This document shows positions 1 through 8,969 of a stretch of DNA of 12,134 nucleotides, in pieces; the first letter of the stretch is position 1, and each line of letters opens with the position of its first letter. The notes beneath the pieces were generated by a model that did no database searches, was not told where the DNA came from, and saw only the letters and a program-made list of their open reading frames with translations. The translations under genes and the position numbers were made by a program. The DNA comes from Candidatus Calescibacterium sp. (GTDB lineage: Bacteria > Calescibacteriota > Calescibacteriia > Calescibacteriales > Calescibacteriaceae): contig JAVVGL010000040.1 in NCBI GenBank assembly GCA_032249135.1, positions 1-12,134 on the forward strand, written 5' to 3'.

Positions 1-10
1 AAGGAGGTGA
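1..10 (+). promoter_or_regulatory. Shine-Dalgarno site of the beta-propeller gene
   Basis: AAGGAGGTGA at 1-10, 6 nt upstream of the ATG at 17. Confidence 0.85.
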
Positions 11-16
11 AAAACT

Positions 17-2035
17 ATGAGACTATGGAAACTTTTATCTGTGTTTTTTACTTTAACTTTTTTAACACTTTGCTCAGACGGAAAAATAGATAACAGCAGC
101 TCTCAAAATAAAAATGATAAAATAAAACCTCCAGAATTACCAGCAGATATAAAAAACTTCCTCCAGGGTCCTCCCGCATTAGCAAGAGCTAAAAACTGCG
201 AAAATGTAGTAGCCTATCTTTCAACTCTAATCGGCGCTCAAATAGAGAGAATGAAAAATGTAGATGTAAGCAAAATAAAAAGAGGAGGAGTCGGAGGTAC
301 GTATGCACAAACTGAGGAAGTTAGCTCTGGTATGAATTATTTACTTTGGACTCAACCATCAGAACCTGAATTTTCCGAAACTAATGTCCTTGAAAGAGGA
401 ATAGACGAAGCCGATATCGTAAAGACAGATGGAAAATACATCTACCTTGTTGATCAAGGATTAATAAGAGTTGTTTCGGCGTACCCACCAGAACAAATTA
501 CAACCGTAGCACAAATTTCTACGCAAGGAGCAGAAATTCTAACCTTGAACAGAAAAATATATTCATTTTCAGGGAGAGCAGATTGGTACTGGTGGTGGTG
601 GGATCCATGGTTTATATGGTATGGAGATGGTGGATATAACTTGACATCTAAAATAGAACAAATCAATTTAGACGGGAATAAACTTTCTCCAGAACTCGTT
701 TTAGATATTGAAGGTATCTATGATAGCGCAAGACTTTACAAAGGAGACATCTTTGTTGTTGGAACATCGTATCTTAAAGTAAGTAATTACACAAACTATG
801 CAAATAGCTATGGCATCAAAAAGTTCGTTCTTGGAGAAGGCACTGATATATCGGTATTTTTACCAAAGGTAAGGTTTATTAAATTTATTGGTGATGGTAC
901 CGCTGTTTTAGAAGAAAAACCAATTGCAGGCTGCGAAAATATATATATTTCATCTGTAACTCGTGGAATAGGTGTAATATGGGTTTTCGTAAAAAACGGA
1001 GACGAGATAAAAAGATATGCAGTTTTAGGAGTATCAGGACTTATCACAAAACCCTATGTTTATATGTCGCAAGAAGCTTTATATATACTCTTTTCAGATG
1101 CTGAATGGAAAACAACAGAAGAAGGTATTTGGATACAAGAGCCAAAAACGGTAATTTACAAGCTCAAAATTGAAAACGGAGAACTCGTTTTTCAAGCTGG
1201 AACAGAAGTTGAAGGAATGATACCTGACAGATGGTGGTCAGGACAAAATGCTCTGTTTTCTATAAATGAATATAACGGATTTTTAAGAGTTGCTCTCACA
1301 ACAAGAGTATGGAGAGCAAAAAATCCAGACAATATGATTTTTATTTTTGACCAAAACCTCAAAAAAGTGGGAGAATTGAGGGGACTTAAACCCGAAGAAG
1401 ATATATATGCTGTAAGATTCGCAGGTGAAAGAGGATATGTTGTGACTTTCAGAATGATAGACCCTCTTTTTGTTTTAGACCTTTCTGACCCTCAAAATCC
1501 CAAAATCGCCGGAAAACTTGAAATCCCAGGATTTTCAACTTACATACACCCTATTGGAAATAATAAACTGTTTGCCGTAGGAAGAGAAAACTGGAAGCTT
1601 CAAGTTTCCTTATTTGATGTTTCAGACCCACAATCTCCAAAACCTATAACAAGAATATACCTTTCAGAAAATTGGTCATCTTACTCAGAAGGAGAATGGA
1701 ATTATAAAGCTATAACTTTCTTCAAAGATTTTGTAGCTCTACCATTCACTGGATACAAATACTATTATTCACCGTGCTACTATTCTGACCAGGAGGCAGG
1801 ATTTATAATTTTGGGCATATCAGATGATAGTATAAATTTGAAAGGAAAGGCAATACCAGAAGAACTTTGCAAAGAGGAAACAAGAAATCCCTATAGGGGA
1901 TGTGAATATACAGCAACATATTGTTCAAATCCTTTACGAGCGGTCTTTATTGATAGATTCATCTATGGTGTGATGTCAGGAGGAATAAAAGTTTGGGACT
2001 ACGATTTAGGTGGCATAAGTTTCATAAAGTTCTGA
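17..2035 (+). CDS. Secreted beta-propeller domain protein (Beta_propel family), possibly a lipoprotein
   Basis: 672-aa ORF with a hydrophobic N-terminal signal ending in Cys (LTFLTLC-S). It carries family-typical motifs FSETNVLERGIDEADIVKTDGKYIY, INEYNGFLRVALT, EDIYAVRFAGERGYVVTFRMIDPLFVLDLSDPQNPKIAGKLEIPGFSTYIHP and VSLFDVSDP. Confidence 0.85.
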   Translation: MRLWKLLSVFFTLTFLTLCSDGKIDNSSSQNKNDKIKPPELPADIKNFLQGPPALARAKNCENVVAYLSTLIGAQIERMKNVDVSKIKRGGVGGTYAQTEEVSSGMNYLLWTQPSEPEFSETNVLERGIDEADIVKTDGKYIYLVDQGLIRVVSAYPPEQITTVAQISTQGAEILTLNRKIYSFSGRADWYWWWWDPWFIWYGDGGYNLTSKIEQINLDGNKLSPELVLDIEGIYDSARLYKGDIFVVGTSYLKVSNYTNYANSYGIKKFVLGEGTDISVFLPKVRFIKFIGDGTAVLEEKPIAGCENIYISSVTRGIGVIWVFVKNGDEIKRYAVLGVSGLITKPYVYMSQEALYILFSDAEWKTTEEGIWIQEPKTVIYKLKIENGELVFQAGTEVEGMIPDRWWSGQNALFSINEYNGFLRVALTTRVWRAKNPDNMIFIFDQNLKKVGELRGLKPEEDIYAVRFAGERGYVVTFRMIDPLFVLDLSDPQNPKIAGKLEIPGFSTYIHPIGNNKLFAVGRENWKLQVSLFDVSDPQSPKPITRIYLSENWSSYSEGEWNYKAITFFKDFVALPFTGYKYYYSPCYYSDQEAGFIILGISDDSINLKGKAIPEELCKEETRNPYRGCEYTATYCSNPLRAVFIDRFIYGVMSGGIKVWDYDLGGISFIKF

Positions 2036-2118
2036 AATATATCTACAAAGTTTGAAGTCAGAAACTTTTGAAATTAGAATCAGAAATCAGAAAATTGGTG
2101 AAAATTGCAAAGATGCAA

Positions 2119-2562
2119 TTAAATATTTAAGGGTTCTGGATTTTGTGCGGAATGAGGATGAAGTTCATCTGGGTAAATTTTGAGGCGTTTTAGCATTCTC
2201 CATCTTTGGAAATTTTTTGGCAGCATCCCTTTTACTGCCAAATAAATCAATCTTTCAGGAAACTTTTTATGTAATTCCTCAGCCGTTATCTCTTTCAAAC
2301 CACCGGGATAAGGAGAGTGAAATCTATAAATTTTATTTTTCCATTTTTTACCTGTAAGAACAACATGTCTTGCGTTTATAACAATAACAAAATCTCCCAT
2401 GTTTTGATTTGGAGTATAGGTTGGTTTGTGTTTCCCTTGCAAAATTGTAGCTATTTTTGACGCAAGACGCCCCAAAACTTTGCCCTTCGCATCAACAATA
2501 TACCACTTTCTTTGAGATAGAGCTTCTTTTTTGCTCAAAAACTTTGTACTACCAGCAAACAT
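2119..2562 (-). CDS. rplM: 50S ribosomal protein L13 (uL13)
   Basis: Bacterial L13 motifs [62 protein letters not shown] and HPHSAQNP. Confidence 0.98.
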   Translation of the reverse strand: MFAGSTKFLSKKEALSQRKWYIVDAKGKVLGRLASKIATILQGKHKPTYTPNQNMGDFVIVINARHVVLTGKKWKNKIYRFHSPYPGGLKEITAEELHKKFPERLIYLAVKGMLPKNFQRWRMLKRLKIYPDELHPHSAQNPEPLNI

Positions 2563-2652
2563 AACTTACAATTTTTAAAAACAAAAGTTTTTATTAGTTT
2601 TTTTCAGAATTCTTTTTATACAATAATCCAAATTTTTCGCTTCTGAGTTTCC

Positions 2653-3906
2653 TTAACCTTTCTTTTTGAGCACAACTACAAACTCATATTTCATAGTATC
2701 TGATTTTCTCCCGGGTATATTTGAGGGAGAATTTTTATCTGGCATTCTTTTATTTGAAATTTCACGAACAAAGGTTTTTATATGATTGAAACCAAAGGAG
2801 ATGAAAAAATCGGCACAAATTTTGTCAGTCGGTAGCTCAATTCCCTTCACTTTCCTATTTCCAACTACAAAAACAACAAAACCTTTTCCTTTGACTTTCC
2901 TTGAAATCTCTTTTATAACCAAAAAAAGGTCATAGTAGAAAGATATAACTTCTCTTGCTCTTTTTTCATCCTCCCTTTTTATCTGCAACACACAATCATA
3001 AAGAACATCAGAAGGAAGATTTTCTTCATCAGCGGATTTCCTTAACTTTGCTCCCAGCAAATTTTTCTCAAATTTATCATCTATTCTGAGCCACTTCAAA
3101 GAAAGTTTAGAAAATTGCTCATATGCCACGGTTGTCTTTGAATCTCCATAAGGCGGAGATGTTATAACGAAATCAACACTTTCATCTTCAAGAGGAATAC
3201 CATCAAGTATATTTCTTTGCTCAAGAACAATTTTTGAGCTTGACTTTAAATTTGAAATTTCAAATATGCTCTGTATATTTCGTTTAGATATACTTCTGAA
3301 AACTTCTTTTACATCTCGGATATTTTCTCTTTTTTTTCTTTTCAGAAGTTTGAACTCGTTCGGATCTGCATTTGAAACTTTTCTTACAGTTTCAGAAAAC
3401 GCAACCTTGAAAAAGTCTTGAACTTTCTCCTTTTCAATCCTGAAAATCGCCTCCCTTAAACGAGCTAACTCTTCTATCACATCATCGTCAAACCAGTATC
3501 TTATATTATGAAAATCAGGAACATCAAAATTTTTCACTTTTGTTTTGAGAATTTTTTCCAAGTTCTTTTCAAGTTCTTCTATGTTTTGCGGAGTAGTTCT
3601 GACTTTTGCTATGAGGATAGCAAGGGGATTTATATCATATCCAACGAAATTTCTTGAAAGTTTTAAGCATTCCCCAGCTGAAACTCCCGAACCACAAAAT
3701 GGATCAAAAACCAAATCACCCTCTTTTGAAAATTCTTTCAAAAATTTCCTTACAAGCATAAAATGAAACATAGCAGGATAGGGATGGATTGAATATATAC
3801 CACGACTTGCAGGAATTCCTTTGAAGTCCAAAGATTCATCCCTTTGGCGATTAAAATTCAAATCTGTTTTCGTTTTCTCTCCATAAAATAAATTCAGCTG
3901 TTCCAT
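2653..3906 (-). CDS. Type II DNA methyltransferase, amino-MTase of the N4-cytosine type, alpha-like motif order (M.MvaI/M.PspGI-like)
   Basis: N-terminal IHPYPAMF, SAM-binding motif I VFDPFCGSG preceding catalytic motif IV ITSPPYGD (SPPY is typical of m4C MTases), and C-terminal VVGNR...LPTD and KRMP.KNSPSN. A GGAGGTG SD-like site lies in the end of the upstream gene. The likeness to named enzymes is from recall. Confidence 0.9.
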   Translation of the reverse strand: MEQLNLFYGEKTKTDLNFNRQRDESLDFKGIPASRGIYSIHPYPAMFHFMLVRKFLKEFSKEGDLVFDPFCGSGVSAGECLKLSRNFVGYDINPLAILIAKVRTTPQNIEELEKNLEKILKTKVKNFDVPDFHNIRYWFDDDVIEELARLREAIFRIEKEKVQDFFKVAFSETVRKVSNADPNEFKLLKRKKRENIRDVKEVFRSISKRNIQSIFEISNLKSSSKIVLEQRNILDGIPLEDESVDFVITSPPYGDSKTTVAYEQFSKLSLKWLRIDDKFEKNLLGAKLRKSADEENLPSDVLYDCVLQIKREDEKRAREVISFYYDLFLVIKEISRKVKGKGFVVFVVGNRKVKGIELPTDKICADFFISFGFNHIKTFVREISNKRMPDKNSPSNIPGRKSDTMKYEFVVVLKKKG

Positions 3907-3910
3907 ACTT

Positions 3911-4693
3911 TTATAATTTCACCTCCTTTGGTAAATCAGAAAGCTTTCTCACCCACGGACTACTTTTAAATTTTAATTTAATCTCATCTCTTACAAAAAC
4001 AATAAGTCCCATTTGGTTTATCTCTTTCGCTTTACTTTCTGAAAGTTCCTCATCTATTGTGATAAGATATATTCTCTGATTCGGACCAGCGGATGGGACT
4101 TCCTGCTTCCATCTTTCTCTTAGCGTCCTTTTGCAAGTTATAAAAATTGCTTTATCCGGTTTTTTCAGAGCTAATTCCTCTGACGGAATGACTATATCAA
4201 TTCGCTTCAATTTTTCTTTGAGTTTTCCTCTCGGCATTTCACATTTTACATCTATAAAATTTAAAAGTTTCGCGATGACTTTCTCAAATGTCTTCCCACC
4301 TCTTGCTTTCCTCATATTTCCCAAATCTTTTTCAAGCTGTTGAACCCAAAAAGAGAATTCATAAAAAATCTCCGCTAACTTACTAATAAATTCTTCCTCT
4401 TTCTTCTCAATCAAATCCTTTAATTTCTCTCTGATTTCCGATTGATTTGAGCCTATATAGAGTTCTGCAAGCTTTTTTATAGCTTCCTGTTCATATTTCT
4501 TAAATTCTTTTGTTGCTTCTTCGTCAAATTTCAAAATTGCTTTTCCAAAATTTTTACGCACAAAATCTTTCGTGAATTTAAGTTTTTCCCAAGTCAAATC
4601 TATAATCTCATCAACAGAAGGTATTTCTCTTTTGATTTGATTAATAAAACTTTCTATCTGAATGCTTTTTCTCTGAGTAAATTTTGTTTCCAC
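3911..4693 (-). CDS. Type II restriction endonuclease, EcoRII-C/PspGI/SsoII ('CCGG-family') PD-(D/E)XK fold
   Basis: Signature blocks RKARGGKTFE, RIDIVIPS and ITCKRTLRERWKQ match the R-x-x-R-x-G-x-x-F-E / D / K-x-x-x-R-E-R-W pattern of this family. GTG start; ends 4 nt upstream of the MTase. Confidence 0.85.
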   Translation of the reverse strand: METKFTQRKSIQIESFINQIKREIPSVDEIIDLTWEKLKFTKDFVRKNFGKAILKFDEEATKEFKKYEQEAIKKLAELYIGSNQSEIREKLKDLIEKKEEEFISKLAEIFYEFSFWVQQLEKDLGNMRKARGGKTFEKVIAKLLNFIDVKCEMPRGKLKEKLKRIDIVIPSEELALKKPDKAIFITCKRTLRERWKQEVPSAGPNQRIYLITIDEELSESKAKEINQMGLIVFVRDEIKLKFKSSPWVRKLSDLPKEVKL

Positions 4694-4720
4694 ATTTCCA
4701 AAAATTTATCAGTATTTTTA

Positions 4721-5608
4721 TTACCTTATTCCATACTTTTCAACAACCTCTTTTACTTTTAGACCAATTTCTGATGGGCTTTCTGCAATATGAACTCCAG
4801 CTGATTTCAAAGCTTCAACTTTATCTTGCCACCTTCCAGATGTTCCCATTATTATTGCTCCCGCATGCCCCATCCTTTTTCCAGAAGGTGCAGTTCTACC
4901 TGCTATAAAAGCTACAACAGGTTTTGTCATTCTGTTTTTTATAAACTCAGCGGCTTGCTCCTCAGCAGAACCTCCAATTTCACCTATAAGAATAACAACT
5001 TTTGTTTCAGGGTCATTTTCAAACATCTCAAGAACCTCAACAAAAGTTGTTCCCGGAACAGGATCTCCTCCTATTCCAACACAAGTTGATTGCCCAAATC
5101 CAAGTTGTGTAGTTTGCCAAACGGCTTCATAAGTTAAAGTTCCACTTCTTGAAACTATGCCCACAAATCCTTTTCTGAAAATGTAAGGTGGCATTATTCC
5201 TATTCTACACTCCTCAGGTGTCATAATTCCAGGACAATTCGGACCGATTATTCTTGCGCCATGCCTTTTTGCATATTCTTTTACCTTTATAAAATCAAGA
5301 GTTGGAATTCCTTCTGTTATAACAACTATGAGTTTTATTCCAGCATCAACAGCCTCAATAATGGAGTCAGGAGCAAATTGAGCGGGGACAAAAATGCAAG
5401 ATGCATCAATTTTTCCTAACTCTTTTACGGCTTCCTCACAAGAATCAAAAACAGGAATACCATCTACATTCTGACCAGATTTCCCAGGTGTTACACCACC
5501 TACAACCTTTGTTCCATATTCTTTTGATATCTTTGCGTGAAAAGAACCGTTTTTTCCGGTAATTCCTTGTATGATAACTCTTGTATCTTTATTTACTAAT
5601 ATGCTCAT
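4721..5608 (-). CDS. sucD: Succinyl-CoA ligase alpha subunit
   Basis: [58 protein letters not shown] and the phospho-His motif RMGHAGA. Confidence 0.96.
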   Translation of the reverse strand: MSILVNKDTRVIIQGITGKNGSFHAKISKEYGTKVVGGVTPGKSGQNVDGIPVFDSCEEAVKELGKIDASCIFVPAQFAPDSIIEAVDAGIKLIVVITEGIPTLDFIKVKEYAKRHGARIIGPNCPGIMTPEECRIGIMPPYIFRKGFVGIVSRSGTLTYEAVWQTTQLGFGQSTCVGIGGDPVPGTTFVEVLEMFENDPETKVVILIGEIGGSAEEQAAEFIKNRMTKPVVAFIAGRTAPSGKRMGHAGAIIMGTSGRWQDKVEALKSAGVHIAESPSEIGLKVKEVVEKYGIR

Positions 5609-5627
5609 TTTATTTCCCCCCCCTTCC

Positions 5628-6860
5628 TTACGACTTTATTTGAACACTTTCAGATGTTTTTTCTTGCTCAGTTTCTTTTGGTCTCTTTTTTCTTCTTTCC
5701 TTTTCTTTTGATTCAAATTCCCTTGCTTTCTGAACAGCTAACATAGCTCCCTCTCTCATAGTGCTTGCAGTTATTATGTTCAATCCTGATTCTTCAAGAA
5801 TTTTTTTTCCAAGCTCAACATTCGTTCCTTCAAGTCTCACAACTATCGGAACTTTTATTCCCATCTCTCTTGCTGCTTGAACCAAGGCGTTAGCTACGGT
5901 ATCACACCTCATTATTCCTCCGAATATATTGACAAAAATTGTTTTCACTCTTTTATCTGAAATGAGTATAGAGAAAGCAGATTTGACTTGCTCCAAAGAA
6001 GCACCACCTCCTACATCAAGGAAATTGGCAGGATATCCCCCGGCAAGCAAAATTTCATCCATAGTAGCCATAGCGAGTCCTGCTCCATTCACAAGACATC
6101 CTATATTTCCATCAAGTCCAACATAAGATATTCCCACTTTTTTCGCTTTGACTTCTCTTGGGTCATCTTCATGAGGGTCATAGAGTTTAGCTATATCAGG
6201 ATGTCTGAAAAGAGCATTGTCATCAAAAACCATCTTTGCATCAAGTGCCAAAATTTTACCATCTTCTGTTTGAACAAGAGGATTTATCTCACATAAAGAA
6301 AGGTCAAGTTCAAAAAATATCTTCACAAGTTTTTTTACTATGTCTTGAACTGGAATTCCCAAAAATTTTGCTATCTTACGAGCTTTGTAATCTGAAATCC
6401 CCAAAAAAGTATCAACATATTCTGTCATAACAAGTTCCGGATTTTTCCGTGCAACTTCCTCTATTTCAACCCCACCCTCAGGACTCGCTATAACACAAAC
6501 TTTTTCTCTTGCTCTATCTATAACAACTCCGAGATAATATTCTTTTTTTGCTTTAACACCTTTCTCAACCAAAACCTTTCTTACAAGCTTTCCTTCAGGT
6601 CCTGTTTGATGAGTTACAAGTCTCTTTCCTATGAGTTCCTTTGCTTTCTCATACACTTCTTCTGGTGAGTGAGCAATTTTTATCCCTCCTGCTTTACCTC
6701 TCCCCCCTGCGTGAATTTGAGCTTTTACAGCAAATAAATCTCCTCCAAGTCTTTCCGCTATTTTTTTTGCTTTCTCGGGAGAACTTGCAACTCCACCGTC
6801 TGGGACCGATATTCCAAAACTTTTTAATATACTTTTTGCCTGATATTCATGTACATTCAT
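5628..6860 (-). CDS. sucC: Succinyl-CoA ligase beta subunit
   Basis: [76 protein letters not shown] and VRLEGTN; adjacent to sucD. Confidence 0.96.
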   Translation of the reverse strand: MNVHEYQAKSILKSFGISVPDGGVASSPEKAKKIAERLGGDLFAVKAQIHAGGRGKAGGIKIAHSPEEVYEKAKELIGKRLVTHQTGPEGKLVRKVLVEKGVKAKKEYYLGVVIDRAREKVCVIASPEGGVEIEEVARKNPELVMTEYVDTFLGISDYKARKIAKFLGIPVQDIVKKLVKIFFELDLSLCEINPLVQTEDGKILALDAKMVFDDNALFRHPDIAKLYDPHEDDPREVKAKKVGISYVGLDGNIGCLVNGAGLAMATMDEILLAGGYPANFLDVGGGASLEQVKSAFSILISDKRVKTIFVNIFGGIMRCDTVANALVQAAREMGIKVPIVVRLEGTNVELGKKILEESGLNIITASTMREGAMLAVQKAREFESKEKERRKKRPKETEQEKTSESVQIKS

Positions 6861-6911
6861 ACCTCAAAATACATTTACCCTGCAAAAAAACTTTTAGCTT
6901 TGTGCTGAAAA

Positions 6912-6941
6912 ATTTTAGATTCAACACCCTACTAATTTCAA
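6912..6941 (-). promoter_or_regulatory. Candidate sigma70-type promoter for sucCD
   Basis: The minus strand reads TTGAAA-N18-TAAAAT in the purK-sucC gap. The AT-rich background makes a chance match possible. Confidence 0.35.
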
Positions 6942-6959
6942 GGTCATATCAGTTCTGTT

Positions 6960-8060
6960 TCAAAGATATAATCCTTCTGGATATATGATTTTGATCAGCT
7001 CATATATTTTGTGTTTAACCTCTTCAATTGATTTTCCTACAACATTAATGTGCCCCATCTTACGTCTTTTTCTGACCTCTCTTTTACCATACCAATACAA
7101 CTTTCCATATTTCAGTACCTCTTTGGGGTCAAAATCTGATGTACCTAAAATATTCAGCATACCCGCATAGCAGAAAAGTTCAGTTGGGGCCAAATCTAGG
7201 CCGCTTATTGCCCTAATGTGATTCTCAAATTGTGAAACAAACGCTGCATCAAGTGTGTAATGCCCCGTGTTATGAACGCGCGGGGCGAACTCATTTATGT
7301 AAATATTCTCTCCCTTGATCATAAATTCAACCCCCATAGTTCCAACATAATCTAAACTTTTTGCAAGATTTATTGCTAATTCAACGATTTTTCCGTTCTC
7401 AATGGGACCCCAATTATATACAAGAATACCCTTTTGATTGAAATTGAATGTAGGAGGATAAGCAAAAACCTTATCTTTATCCTTCACTACAATAACAGAT
7501 GCTTCATAATCAAAATCAATATATTCCTCAACCACAAAGGTACTTTTAATTTCTCTCAAAAAATAAAAATCTTCTACATTACCGGATAAAAAGTATTGAT
7601 TTTTCCCATCATATCCTCCGTAACTTTGTTTCAGGACAGCAACTCCCCCAAATTCACATTTTGCTATATCCAGAGCTTCTTTCCCATCATTTGCAATTAA
7701 AAACCGAGGAGTAGGGAAATTATTTTCAAGGTAATACAGCTTCTCTTTGTGTCTTTGTCTTTTTAAATTTATGGTTTCAATTGAAGGAACTAACTTATTT
7801 TTCTCGGCTGCATATTCTAATGCGTTGTCTGAAACATACTCAAACTCAAAGGTGACAACATCACACTCATCAACAAACCTTTTGTAATCTTCAGGTGAGA
7901 AGAATTTATCGGCTAGCTTGCAAGCAGGAGCCTCCTTGTCTTTTTCCAATACATAAAATTCAAAAGGGAATTTTTTACCTTCTAATATGAGCATCCATCC
8001 GAGCTGTCCCCCGCCCAATATTCCTATTTTAAATTTCGAGTTTTGAAGAGAGAACCTCAT
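6960..8060 (-). CDS. purK: N5-carboxyaminoimidazole ribonucleotide synthase
   Basis: [46 protein letters not shown] and RKMGHINV; directly downstream of purE. Confidence 0.96.
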   Translation of the reverse strand: MRFSLQNSKFKIGILGGGQLGWMLILEGKKFPFEFYVLEKDKEAPACKLADKFFSPEDYKRFVDECDVVTFEFEYVSDNALEYAAEKNKLVPSIETINLKRQRHKEKLYYLENNFPTPRFLIANDGKEALDIAKCEFGGVAVLKQSYGGYDGKNQYFLSGNVEDFYFLREIKSTFVVEEYIDFDYEASVIVVKDKDKVFAYPPTFNFNQKGILVYNWGPIENGKIVELAINLAKSLDYVGTMGVEFMIKGENIYINEFAPRVHNTGHYTLDAAFVSQFENHIRAISGLDLAPTELFCYAGMLNILGTSDFDPKEVLKYGKLYWYGKREVRKRRKMGHINVVGKSIEEVKHKIYELIKIIYPEGLYL

Positions 8061-8505
8061 TTTTCATTTTTTCTGCAAAGTTTTTAAGTTTCTCAGCAAT
8101 ATCATCATACTTAATTGAAAGAATTCTCAGCGCAAGAAGAGCAGCATTTTTTGCATTTCCAATAGCTACCGTTGCTACTGGAACACCATAAGGCATTTGC
8201 ACGATAGATAGTAAAGAGTCTAACCCATTCAGTTGTTTCGTAGGAATTGGAACTCCAATCACAGGCAAAGTAGTTAGTGAGGCAACCATACCTGGGAGAT
8301 GAGCTGCCCCACCCGCCCCTGCAATTATAACCTCAAAACCTTCATCCTTTGCATTCTTTGCAAAACTGAACATATAATCAGGAGTTCTGTGCGCAGAAAC
8401 AACCTTAGCTTCTACCTCAACATCAAAAGATTTCAAAAAATCATATGCCTCCTTCATGTACTCCCAATCATTCTTACTTCCCATTATTATCGCAACCTTT
8501 GGCAT
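8029..8505 (-). CDS. purE: N5-CAIR mutase (class I PurE)
   Basis: [58 protein letters not shown] and NAALLA; overlaps the start of purK by 32 bp. Confidence 0.97.
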   Translation of the reverse strand: MPKVAIIMGSKNDWEYMKEAYDFLKSFDVEVEAKVVSAHRTPDYMFSFAKNAKDEGFEVIIAGAGGAAHLPGMVASLTTLPVIGVPIPTKQLNGLDSLLSIVQMPYGVPVATVAIGNAKNAALLALRILSIKYDDIAEKLKNFAEKMKNEVLSSKLEI

Positions 8506-8654
8506 ACAAAGTTTATTGTTAGAAATTTAGTTAAACGCACAAATGTTTTCTAATTTCAAAAAATATGTAAAATAAAGTAAATGTTATTAAATTTCAGGAA
8601 AGAACTAAATTTTTTCATGATTGCAAAAAGGAAATAAAAATAATGAAATAATAA

Positions 8655-8969
8655 ATTTCCTCCGTATTTATATTTTCATCTGAAAACTTTTTCATAGGCT
8701 GCATAATTTGGGGACTATATATGGGAATGACAGAGAGTGTAATGAGGTCGTCAGTAGCTCAAATAACTCCGGAGAAAAAAAGAGGATTATTTTTCGGAAT
8801 ATTCCATACAATCTACGGAATTTCTTTTCTTTCTGGTGGATTAGTCTTCGGGAAAATTTATCCTGATACCGGGAAAATATTAGCTCTTGTTTTTATTTCC
8901 CAAATACTATCTGTATTTTTTCTTCTTCTGACTATGCTCTTCCTAAATACTCGTTCTTTTCAGGATTAA
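8655..8969 (+). pseudogene. 5'-truncated MFS-type transporter (C-terminal transmembrane helices only)
   Basis: The frame is open from 8655, after a TAA at 8652, and reads ISSVFIFSSENFFIGCIIWGLYMGMTESVMRSSVAQITPEKKRGLFFGIFHTIYGISFLSGGLVFGKIY.... WGLYMG...ESVMRSSVA...P..KRG..FGIF resembles the final helices of MFS permeases. The product is about 104 aa against roughly 400 for a full MFS, and the ATG at 8721 appears to be internal. Confidence 0.7.

Noticed and set aside
3330..3337. A8 run in the MTase as a phase-variation switch
   Set aside because: Runs of 7-8 A/T are common throughout this AT-rich window, including in housekeeping genes, and the frame is intact.
2563..4720. Mobile element or target-site duplication around the R-M pair
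   Set aside because: Only weak AT-rich similarity (TCCAAA..TTT) is seen on both flanks, and there is no recombinase.
5616..5623. G8 tract (minus strand) upstream of sucD as a contingency locus
   Set aside because: It is more simply explained as part of a purine-rich ribosome-binding site, and there is no evidence of variation.
4721..6860. Citryl-CoA synthetase or malate thiokinase instead of SucCD (reverse TCA or serine cycle)
   Set aside because: The motifs fit canonical SucCD and no diagnostic partner genes are present. Only a phylogeny could fully exclude paralogues.
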